Made by a program: the position numbers and the translations under genes. Under the pieces are notes generated by a model. That model did not search any database. It worked only from the letters and a program-made list of their open reading frames with translations, and was not told the DNA's origin. A DNA stretch of 34,622 nucleotides from Opitutus sp. GAS368 (GTDB taxonomy: Bacteria > Verrucomicrobiota > Verrucomicrobiia > Opitutales > Opitutaceae): positions 1-34,622 of the forward strand of contig CAMAVZ010000021.1 of the NCBI GenBank assembly GCA_945861645.1, in the 5' to 3' direction. Positions 19,823 through 30,070 of the stretch are shown piece after piece. Numbering within the stretch: position 1 is the stretch's first letter; the number at the start of each line of letters is the position of its first letter.

Positions 19823-20809
19823 ATGATGATTCCCGCCACGATGAAGCTACTGCAAATTGAGGCACCCGGCCGTGCCGTGTGGCGTGATGCCGCGGTGCCA
19901 ACCCCTGGGGCTGGGGAAGTCTTGGTGCGGATTCTCGCCATCGCGACTTGTCCTCACTGGGATCTGCATATTTTCGGCGGTCAGCCCATGTTTCCGGGGA
20001 TGAAATTAGCTTATCCCTATCTGCCGGGCCAGCCGGGGCACGAGGCGGTCGGCGAAGTCGCCGCGCTCGGCGCCGGCGTGAGCACATTGCACGTGGGGGC
20101 ACGGGTGGCGGTCTGGCGTGACACCGGCCGGCGGCCGCAGGGTTGTTATGCGCAGTTTAATGTTTTGCGGGCGGAAGATTTGCTTGAAGTGCCCGCGACG
20201 CTTAGCGCCGCCGCGATCGCCTCGCTAGAATTAGCGATGTGCGTAGAAGTATCCTTTCAGCAACTAGCGCGATTGGGGGGAATTGTGGGTCGGCGCATCG
20301 GGCTGAGCGGATTGGGGCCCGCCGGATTGGTGGCGGTACAATTGGCGCGCGCGCACGGGGCCGCCGAAGTCATCGGGATTGATCCGGTAGCTGAACGCCG
20401 GGCATTAGCCGCCGTGCTTGGCGCGCATCGCACCGTCGAACCTGATGCCACGGCGTGGCCAGCCACACGGGGAGTCGGCGCCTTGGACGATGCGATCGAT
20501 CTCACGGGTGTACCCGCCTCCATTGAATTTCTCTTCGACCGCACGCAGCGTTGCGTCACCTTATTCGGCGTGCTCCGCGAAGAGGTGCGCTATGGTGGTC
20601 GGCACATGTTCGGTCCGGGTCTGCTTCTCATGGGCTATGGTGATCATAATCGGGTCGCTGCTGAGACGGCGTTGCGTTTTATCACCGAGGGAAAATTGCG
20701 CTTGGCCCCCTTAATTACGCACACCTTGCCCTTTTCTCAGTACGCCGCCGGGGTGGAATTGCTGCGCACCAAGGAGGCCATCAAAATCCTCTTCGACCCG
20801 TGGCTTTAA
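19823..20809 (+). CDS. Zn-dependent MDR dehydrogenase (catalytic Zn site only)
   Basis: TCPHWDLH, PGHEAVG and Rossmann GLGPAG; no 4-Cys structural-Zn loop. Confidence 0.88.
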   Translation: MMIPATMKLLQIEAPGRAVWRDAAVPTPGAGEVLVRILAIATCPHWDLHIFGGQPMFPGMKLAYPYLPGQPGHEAVGEVAALGAGVSTLHVGARVAVWRDTGRRPQGCYAQFNVLRAEDLLEVPATLSAAAIASLELAMCVEVSFQQLARLGGIVGRRIGLSGLGPAGLVAVQLARAHGAAEVIGIDPVAERRALAAVLGAHRTVEPDATAWPATRGVGALDDAIDLTGVPASIEFLFDRTQRCVTLFGVLREEVRYGGRHMFGPGLLLMGYGDHNRVAAETALRFITEGKLRLAPLITHTLPFSQYAAGVELLRTKEAIKILFDPWL

Positions 20810-20854
20810 GCTCGTCTCAGTGCCGCGCCGTCGCGCCCTCCGCCCGCCGCGGGG

Positions 20855-20892
20855 CCGAGGGCGAGTACGAGTACGAAGGCGTGGGCGAGGAC
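20855..20892. repeat. Degenerate hexamer tandem run (NCGAGN)
   Basis: CCGAGG GCGAGT ACGAGT ACGAAG GCGTGG GCGAGG AC. Confidence 0.55.
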
Positions 20893-20943
20893 AGTGATCT
20901 AAATTAGCCCGCCCATGGCCGCCCAAGTTCACCGCCCCGACAC

Positions 20944-20974
20944 TCGGTTTGTAACATAATATATTACAAACCGA
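20944..20974. repeat. AT-rich palindrome (REP-like element or operator)
   Basis: TCGGTTTGTAA-CATAATATA-TTACAAACCGA: perfect 11-bp arms around a 9-nt centre. Confidence 0.85.
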
Positions 20975-21060
20975 ACGAAGCGGGTGGGGGAAGGACGGCT
21001 TGTGTTGGGTGGGAGAGGCGGGGTATGGGTGGTGGGTCAGGCTAATTCATTTCTTTTTTT

Positions 21061-22203
21061 ATGTTCACTCCTTTGCCGTTAAGTCGCCGTCAGTGGTTAA
21101 TTTCTAATGGAGCTACCCTCGCGGGGCTCGCGCTGACGTCGCGGTTGATGAATTTTGAAGCGGCGGCGCAAATGACGCCCGAACGCCTGGCGGCGTCGGT
21201 TCCGGTGCGCGCGCGGCTCTCGCTCAATGAAAATCCGTTCGGTCCTTCGTCTGCCGCGCTCGAGGCGATGCTGCGCAATCTGTCAGCGGGCAAGGCGGCC
21301 CGTTATCCTTACGGCGAAGTGAATGAGTTGATCGCGCTGATCGCAAAAAAAGAAGGGGTGACGCCAGATCACATCGTCTTGAGCGTTGGCTCGGGCGAAC
21401 TGCTCGAGACGGTCGGCGTGCAATTTGGTTTGCAGAAAGGCGATGCGATCTACGCGTCGCCAGGGTATCTTCAGCTCCCGCGGGCAGTGGAGGCGCTCGG
21501 CGGTCGGGGTATTCCTGTGCCCGTTAATGCGCAGCTCGAGCACAATCTCGCGGCGATGGCGGCGAAGATCAGCGACCGGCCTACCGTGATCTATATCGCT
21601 AATCCTAATAATCCAACCAGCACGGTTGTTGAGCCAAACGCGCTGGCCGCTTTCGTTAAAGAAGTTTCGCCCAAGGCATTGGTCTTTTTGGACGAAGCCT
21701 ATCTAGATCTCGCTGACAACTATGCGGGGCGCACCCTGGTCGGGCTCGTCCACGCCGAGCGTAATTTGATTGTCGCGCGCACCTTTTCAAAAATTTATGG
21801 CCTCGCCGGTATGCGCATCGGCTACGGGGTTACTTCGCCTAAAATCGCGGCTCAGTTGAGGAGCTATGGTTTGGGCACGCTCACGGCGCCGAGTATTGTC
21901 GCCGCGGTGGCTAGCTTGCAGGATGATGGCTATGTGGCTGCGACGCGGGCGAAGATTGTTGCCGAGAAAGAAAAATTGCTGGCTCTGCTGCGCGAATTAG
22001 GTCGGCCGTATGCGGCGTCGCAGACTAATTTTGTCTTTTTCCAGACAGGTCGCGAGCACGCGAAAGTAGCGGCGGCGATGTTAGCGGAGAGTGTTTCGAT
22101 CGCCCGGGCTTTTCCGCCGATGACAGATTGGGCGCGTATTTCCATCGGACTGCCGGAGGAAAATGCGCTTGCCCGGGCCGCGTTACGGAAAGTTTTAAGC
22201 TAA
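21061..22203 (+). CDS. HisC-like class I/II PLP aminotransferase with twin-arginine signal peptide
   Basis: SRRQWL plus hydrophobic stretch and AAA cleavage site; LSLNENPFGPS, NPNNPT, DEAY and PLP-Lys motif RTFSKIYGLAGMRIGY. Confidence 0.9.
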   Translation: MFTPLPLSRRQWLISNGATLAGLALTSRLMNFEAAAQMTPERLAASVPVRARLSLNENPFGPSSAALEAMLRNLSAGKAARYPYGEVNELIALIAKKEGVTPDHIVLSVGSGELLETVGVQFGLQKGDAIYASPGYLQLPRAVEALGGRGIPVPVNAQLEHNLAAMAAKISDRPTVIYIANPNNPTSTVVEPNALAAFVKEVSPKALVFLDEAYLDLADNYAGRTLVGLVHAERNLIVARTFSKIYGLAGMRIGYGVTSPKIAAQLRSYGLGTLTAPSIVAAVASLQDDGYVAATRAKIVAEKEKLLALLRELGRPYAASQTNFVFFQTGREHAKVAAAMLAESVSIARAFPPMTDWARISIGLPEENALARAALRKVLS

Positions 22204-22230
22204 AAAAAGCCGCGACAACGGCCGCGGCTT
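22202..22230 (-). terminator. Rho-independent terminator for hppA (possibly bidirectional)
   Basis: AAGCCGCG-N8-CGCGGCTT stem preceded by an A run on + (U tract on -), between convergent genes. Confidence 0.75.
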
Positions 22231-22278
22231 GGAGAATTAAACGAACCTGCCGTAAGGGGCAGGGTCTGGTTGAATCGA

Positions 22279-24756
<2,478 letters not shown>

Positions 24757-24895
24757 AACTAAGGGTAAGGGGAACTGAACTCACGCAACCTGCCAAGCGG
24801 TCGCGAGTGAGGCCAGTTTAATTTGCCTTGAAACCGTCGCGGCATTGACCTGTTAGGTAGGTTAATTTTATCTGGGAAGACTGTTAAACGCGCTT

Positions 24896-25606
24896 ATGCC
24901 TCTGCTCGAAGTTAAAAACCTGATTAAGACCTACGCGGCGCCAGGGGGTCAGCGGCCCGACGCCGGCGCTGTTCATCGGGTGGTGGAGGTTGCTTCATTC
25001 ACTTTAGAAGCCGGTGAGCAGCGAGCGCTGCGCGGCGAAAGCGGATCGGGGAAAACGACTTTTCTTCATCTGCTCGCAGGCATCCTCGCTCCTGATAGCG
25101 GCTCTATCTTGCTGGCTGGAATAGAGATAACGCAACTAAGCGAGGCGGGGCGTGATCGGCAACGGGCGGAGAGCATTGGCTATATTTTTCAGACCTTTAA
25201 TTTACTCCAGGGGCATACGGCTTTAGAAAATGTGGAACTCGGGATGGCCTTTGGTCGTGGGGTAGATCGCGCGCAAGCCGGAGTTTTATTACAGCGGGTG
25301 GGGCTGGGCGATAAACTCGGTCATTATCCTCGCCAGCTTTCCACGGGTCAGCAGCAACGGGTGGCGGTCGCCCGCGCCTTGGCTAATCGCCCCAAGATGG
25401 TCCTTGCCGATGAACCCACGGGCAATCTCGATCGCCGCAATGCTCGGGAAGCGCTGCAACTGATTCGCGAGGTATGTCGCGAATCCGGCGCGGCGTTGTT
25501 GCTGGTGAGTCATGACGAGCGGGTGCTCGCGCAGTTTGAGCAAATGCAGGATTTCATGATGATCAACCGGGCTTTAGCCACACCGCCGACTGTTTTTCCG
25601 CGATGA
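24896..25606 (+). CDS. LolD/MacB-type ABC ATP-binding protein (ZrgB-like)
   Basis: GESGSGKTT, YIFQTFNLL, LSTGQQQRVAVARAL, ADEPTGNLD. Confidence 0.92.
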   Translation: MPLLEVKNLIKTYAAPGGQRPDAGAVHRVVEVASFTLEAGEQRALRGESGSGKTTFLHLLAGILAPDSGSILLAGIEITQLSEAGRDRQRAESIGYIFQTFNLLQGHTALENVELGMAFGRGVDRAQAGVLLQRVGLGDKLGHYPRQLSTGQQQRVAVARALANRPKMVLADEPTGNLDRRNAREALQLIREVCRESGAALLLVSHDERVLAQFEQMQDFMMINRALATPPTVFPR

Positions 25607-26808
25607 TCTTTAACCTTATCTATCGTTCATTGCGCCAGCACTTGCTGGCGACGCTGGTGACCGCGGGTAGCATTGCGTTGGCGAGCGGTTTATTACTGAC
25701 GGTGTGGGTGGTGAAGACGCAGTCGCAGGCGGTATTTGCGGCGACCAATTCTGGTTTCGATGCGGTACTCGGGGCGCGCGGGTCAAAGTTGCAACTCGTG
25801 CTGAATGCAATTTTTCATCTCGAGGCATCGCCCGGCAATCTCACGGCGGCTGATTTTGAAATGATCCGGCATCAGCGCGAGGTGAAGACGGCGATCCCGT
25901 TGGCGGTCGGGGATAATTATCAAGGGTGGCGCATCGCGGGCACGATCGAATCGTTATTCACCGAGGTGGAATATATGCCGGGCCATCGTTATCAGGTCGG
26001 CCGCGGCGAGCGGTTTTTTCAAATCGGCAAACTTGAAGCCGTGGTCGGAAGTTATGCGGCCAAAAAACTTGGCTGGCGGGTTGGGACGACTTTCCATCCT
26101 TCGCATGGCCTCATTTTCAATCCCCAGGCAGAGCAGCATGAGGAGACTTATACGGTGGTCGGGGTCTTGGCCCCGACCAACACGCCGGTTGATCGCGTGA
26201 TCTGGATTCCGTTGGAGGGAGTGCAAACCATGAAGGGGCATAATCCGCTGGCGGCGACTGAGCTGAGTGCGGTCCTCGTGCAATTACGGGCCCCGGAGGC
26301 CGGGATGCTGCTGAATTTGCGGCTCAATAGCCCAGGCGGGCGGCTGACCTTTGCCTATCCGATTGGAACAATTGTGGCGGAATTATTTAATAAAATAGCC
26401 TGGTTTGATCAGGTGCTGACGCTCGTCGCTTGGCTTGTCGCGGTGGTGGCGTCGGGCTCGGTACTGGTGAGCATCTATAATTCGATGAGTGCCCGCGCGC
26501 GGGATATCGCCATTTTGCGCGCCCTCGGCGCCCGTCGGCGGACGGTCTTTGGGGCAGTCGTCGGGGAGGCGGCCGTGATCGGTCTGCTTGGATCAACCGC
26601 GGGTTTCGCCGTCTTTGCTGGGCTCGCTGAGTCGGTGGCGGCCCTCATTCAGGCGCAGACCGGGGTCGTGCTTGAGCCGCTGCAATGGAATCTAGTTTTT
26701 TGCTGGGGCCCCGCCGTTTTTGTCGGGTTGTGTATCCTTGGCGGGTGCGTGCCGGCGTTTAAGGCTTATCGGGTGTCGGTCGCTGAGACGATTGCTCCGG
26801 TGTCTTGA
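25603..26808 (+). CDS. MacB/FtsX-type ABC permease (ZrgC-like)
   Basis: GARGSKLQLVLNAIFH, AIPLAVGD, HPSHG, IAILRALGA; 4 TM plus large periplasmic loop; ATGA overlap with the ATPase. Confidence 0.88.
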   Translation: MIFNLIYRSLRQHLLATLVTAGSIALASGLLLTVWVVKTQSQAVFAATNSGFDAVLGARGSKLQLVLNAIFHLEASPGNLTAADFEMIRHQREVKTAIPLAVGDNYQGWRIAGTIESLFTEVEYMPGHRYQVGRGERFFQIGKLEAVVGSYAAKKLGWRVGTTFHPSHGLIFNPQAEQHEETYTVVGVLAPTNTPVDRVIWIPLEGVQTMKGHNPLAATELSAVLVQLRAPEAGMLLNLRLNSPGGRLTFAYPIGTIVAELFNKIAWFDQVLTLVAWLVAVVASGSVLVSIYNSMSARARDIAILRALGARRRTVFGAVVGEAAVIGLLGSTAGFAVFAGLAESVAALIQAQTGVVLEPLQWNLVFCWGPAVFVGLCILGGCVPAFKAYRVSVAETIAPVS

Positions 26809-26864
26809 TCAGGGGTTGATGATCTTTAATCTGCGCCAAAGAGTGATCGCCCCGGCCAAATCCT

Positions 26865-26892
26865 TTGACGCGGCTAAGATCCTGAGTACTTT
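26865..26892 (+). promoter_or_regulatory. Putative leaderless sigma70-like promoter
   Basis: TTGACG (26865-26870) - 16 nt - TACTTT (26887-26892), 6 nt before ATG 26899. Confidence 0.6.
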
Positions 26893-26898
26893 GCCGAC

Positions 26899-27396
26899 AT
26901 GAAGTGTTCTCGGCGTCTCCTCAGTTTATGGTTGAGCCTCTGCGTGATCGGTTTGCCCATCGTTGGCGCGGCCGCGGTCGAATATGAGTTGGTTGGTTTC
27001 GATCGTTTGGCCTCTTTCACGTTCACCGCGCCAGAATTCAATAATGCGGATCCCAAGGCGCTACCACCATCGGGCGCTGATCAAATTCCGGCTAAGATCA
27101 AGGCGCTCGATCAGCAGAAAGTGGCGGTGACGGGTTATATGTTGCCGGTTCGGATGGAGGCCGGGTTGGTTAAGGAACTGCTTTTAGTTAAAGACCCCAT
27201 GATGTGTTGCTATGGCGTCATGCCGAAAATCAACGAGTGGGTGGTGGTCAAAATGATCGGCGCTGGCGTGAAGCCGCTGATGGACGTGCCGATTACTTTT
27301 GAAGGTAAACTTCGCGTGGGCGAGATGTACGAGAACGGTTATCTGACCGGCGTCTATTTGCTCGAGGGCGAAAAGCTGGTGGGCGTAAAAGGCTAA
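26899..27396 (+). CDS. DUF3299-like exported OB-fold protein (ZrgD-like)
   Basis: Signal peptide, KALDQQKVAVTGYMLP, CCYGVMPKINEWVVV, PITFEGKL; follows the matching ABC pair. Confidence 0.75.
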   Translation: MKCSRRLLSLWLSLCVIGLPIVGAAAVEYELVGFDRLASFTFTAPEFNNADPKALPPSGADQIPAKIKALDQQKVAVTGYMLPVRMEAGLVKELLLVKDPMMCCYGVMPKINEWVVVKMIGAGVKPLMDVPITFEGKLRVGEMYENGYLTGVYLLEGEKLVGVKG

Positions 27397-27445
27397 CCAG
27401 CCCGCGCCGCCTGGCCTCGGAGTGCTGAGACAACGGCTCCCGCCT

Positions 27446-27901
27446 TCAGCGCGAAATATCCCGCTGAGTCAGCACCTTGTAGCCGCGCGTATTGAGCGCA
27501 CTCGCCGCGAGATCATTATCTTCCACACTGAGTGCGAGAGCCGATTTTCCCTCGGGCCGCATAAAAAAAGAATAGAGATAATGAATGTTAATTTCCACCG
27601 TGAGCAGCGCCTTCAGCACGCCTTGCAGTTGCGATTCATCGGAAATCTCTACGGCCAGAACTTCGCATTCGGTGTAAGCAAAATTAGTGGCCGCCATCAA
27701 TTCGCGGGCGCGGTCAGGGTCATCCACGATTAATCGATCAATCGCGCAATCCGTCGTGTCGAGAGTGGTCATCGCCATCACGTGCACGTTATGCTTCGCG
27801 AGTAAGGCCGTCAGATCATAAAGTTGGCCGACGCGATTCGGTAAAAAAACCGAGAATTGTTTTACCGGATCAGTGGCGAGCGGGGTGGCGGTGTCAGACA
27901 T
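27446..27901 (-). CDS. Tandem ACT-domain (amino-acid-binding) protein
   Basis: KQFSVFLPNRVGQL...IDRLIVDDPDRA...INIHYLYSF; two-ACT architecture; start at ATG 27901. Confidence 0.88.
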   Translation of the reverse strand: MSDTATPLATDPVKQFSVFLPNRVGQLYDLTALLAKHNVHVMAMTTLDTTDCAIDRLIVDDPDRARELMAATNFAYTECEVLAVEISDESQLQGVLKALLTVEINIHYLYSFFMRPEGKSALALSVEDNDLAASALNTRGYKVLTQRDISR

Positions 27902-28038
27902 AAACGGCGACTGCTGTATGTCGTGGTGGCGGGTGGCGGTCAATGCCGACGTGCGTAGCCGATAGGAGGCTTGAGTGTCGTGCGGGGAGCACCCAACGTG
28001 CGGCATGGTTTTTTATCAGCAGATTTCCGCGCTCTAGG

Positions 28039-28953
28039 ATGAAGCCGTCCGATGTGCATCAAGCGGTCGCACAGCGCGCAAATAACAGTGCGCGCTTGGT
28101 GCTGCGGGGCATTGGGCTAAACGCCGTGCTGGCGGTGGTGAAATTAGCGGGGGGCATATTCGGCCACACCTATGCGCTGATTGCGGATGCAGCGGAGTCC
28201 ATGCTCGATATCTTATCTTCGACACTGGTGTGGGCGGGTTTTCGGGTGGCGGCGCGTCCGCCGGACGCGAATCATCCTTACGGGCACGGCAAAGCGGAGC
28301 CGCTCGTTGGGTTGGTGGTCGCCTTATTTATTTTTGTGATGGCCGGTTGGGTCGCCTCGCATGCCATCCATGAAATTCGGACGCCCCATCAAGGTCCGGC
28401 CTGGTGGACGTTATTAGTGTTAGCGGGCGTGATCGTTGCAAAAACATGGTTCTCGCGGCGCATGGGGATGGCGGGCGAAGAGGTGGGCAGCACCGCCCTG
28501 GGCCTTGAGGCCATGCATCATTGGTCTGATGCCATCACTTCGGGCGCCGCCTTTGTGGGTATTAGTATCGCGCTATGGGGCGGCGCTGGTTGGGAAACCG
28601 CCGATGACTGGGCCGCTTTATTTGGCTGTGTGATTATCGCCTTCAATGGTTTTAGTATGTTTATGCAGGCCCTGGGCGATGTGATGGACACGGCCGCGCC
28701 GCAGAATTTCGAAAATGAGGTGCGGGCGCTCGCCCTCGCGGTGTCCGGCGTGCACGCGCTCGATAAAGTGCGGATGCGCAAAAGCGGGCTCAGTCACCTG
28801 GTGGATATTCAGGTGCGGGTGGATGGTGATTTAACGGTGCGCGAAGGCCACGGCATCGCGCACGCTGTCAAGGATGCGCTCATTGCTTCGGCGAGTCATC
28901 GTATCAGTGATGTGACGGTGCATATCGAGCCCGCCGCTGGCCCCGGCCTGTGA
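28039..28953 (+). CDS. Cation diffusion facilitator (FieF-like) metal transporter
   Basis: ALIADAAESMLD, PPDANHPYGHGKAE, HHWSD, EGHGIAH, VTVHIEP. Confidence 0.93.
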   Translation: MKPSDVHQAVAQRANNSARLVLRGIGLNAVLAVVKLAGGIFGHTYALIADAAESMLDILSSTLVWAGFRVAARPPDANHPYGHGKAEPLVGLVVALFIFVMAGWVASHAIHEIRTPHQGPAWWTLLVLAGVIVAKTWFSRRMGMAGEEVGSTALGLEAMHHWSDAITSGAAFVGISIALWGGAGWETADDWAALFGCVIIAFNGFSMFMQALGDVMDTAAPQNFENEVRALALAVSGVHALDKVRMRKSGLSHLVDIQVRVDGDLTVREGHGIAHAVKDALIASASHRISDVTVHIEPAAGPGL

Positions 28954-29177
28954 CTGGCGGCTGCGGTCTTAACGCTAGGGCGCCTCGGCCTTAGTAGCTA
29001 AGGAGTTAGCTCGGCGGGAGCCTTACCTATAACTACGCCATCTCAGCAGGGGAGTTTAGCTAGACAATAATAGAACGAGTGGTTCATTCAGGATCTTTGT
29101 ACATTATCTTGTGGGTCTAACGCGGCTGATCGCAGGCCCCATCAATCCATCTTCCTTCCTATCATCACCCTTAACGC

Positions 29178-30050
29178 ATGCGTTGCTTTTGGCTCCTTTT
29201 CCTTGCCCTCGGTTTAGTCGGCTTGAGCCTGACAACGCGGGGGTCTGGGCCGGCTACGCGGGGGAGTTTCCTCTTTACGAGCGGCGGTCATAAATTGACG
29301 GTGTGGCATTATCGTCCGGCTGGGACAGCTGCGGACGCGCCGGTGCTGTTTGTGATCCATGGGGTGGGGCGCAATGCGGAGGAATATTTAAACGATTGGG
29401 TGGAACTGGCTGAGCAGAAAAAAGTACTACTGATAGTGCCAGAGTTCTCTAAAACTGAATTTCCCGGTGAAGAGGCTTTTAATTCTGGCAATTTATTTGA
29501 TGCCAGCGGCCAGCCGGTGCCGCGGGCCCAATGGTCCTATAGCATGATCGAGCCGATCTTCGACGCCGTTCGGGAGCGCTCGGGCAGTCAGCGCAACGAT
29601 TACATGATCTATGGCCATTCGGCGGGGGCGCAATTCGTCCAGCGATTTTTGTATTTTATACCAGAGGCGCGGGTGACTCGTCTCATCGCGGCCAATGCGG
29701 GTTGGTATATGCTGCCCGAATGGACCACTGCTTTTCCCTACGGACTTAAAGGGACTGTTTTAAACGAGGCGGCGCTCCGGACCGCATTTGCGCGCCCACT
29801 GGTGGTGCTGTTGGGCGAGGCCGATATTGATTCACAGCACAAAAGCCTTCGCCATACCCCGGAAGCTGATGCGCAAGGACTCTATCGCTTTGCGCGCGGG
29901 CACTATTTCTTTGCGCACGCTAAGGCAGCGGCCGCTGCGCTGAACACGCCTTTTAATTGGACGTTAGCTACCGTGCCTAATGTTGAGCACTCGAACCAGG
30001 GAATGGCCCCATCGGCGCTGCAACACCTCTTGCCACTTTCCCGTCTTTAA
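29178..30050 (+). CDS. pahZ1: Secreted alpha/beta serine hydrolase, poly(aspartic acid) hydrolase-1 (PahZ1)-like
   Basis: Signal peptide followed by GSFLFT, LFVIHGVGRNA, IEPIFD, YGHSAG (Ser at 29619-29621), AANAGWY, PYGLK, LLGEADID, TPEAxxQG, HSNQGM. These match, in order, motifs I recall from Sphingomonas sp. KT-1 PahZ1; no alignment was run. Confidence 0.75.
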   Translation: MRCFWLLFLALGLVGLSLTTRGSGPATRGSFLFTSGGHKLTVWHYRPAGTAADAPVLFVIHGVGRNAEEYLNDWVELAEQKKVLLIVPEFSKTEFPGEEAFNSGNLFDASGQPVPRAQWSYSMIEPIFDAVRERSGSQRNDYMIYGHSAGAQFVQRFLYFIPEARVTRLIAANAGWYMLPEWTTAFPYGLKGTVLNEAALRTAFARPLVVLLGEADIDSQHKSLRHTPEADAQGLYRFARGHYFFAHAKAAAAALNTPFNWTLATVPNVEHSNQGMAPSALQHLLPLSRL

Positions 30051-30070
30051 CTTAATTAACCCTAACACCT

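Noticed and set aside
15948-20809. TBDR1 plus the two MDR genes as one operon
   Set aside because: A strong intrinsic terminator (18656-18685) and a separate promoter-like motif (18753-18781) lie between them.
20855-20974. Repeats as a CRISPR remnant, or the palindrome as a Zur box
   Set aside because: No repeat-spacer periodicity or cas genes; half-site sequence and spacing differ from the Zur boxes I know.
21061-22203. Housekeeping hisC
   Set aside because: The Tat signal and absence of his genes argue against it, so the symbol was withheld.
29178-30050. PHB depolymerase call for the secreted hydrolase
   Set aside because: The fold is related, but it has no linker or substrate-binding domain and the motifs fit PahZ1 better; not excluded without an assay.
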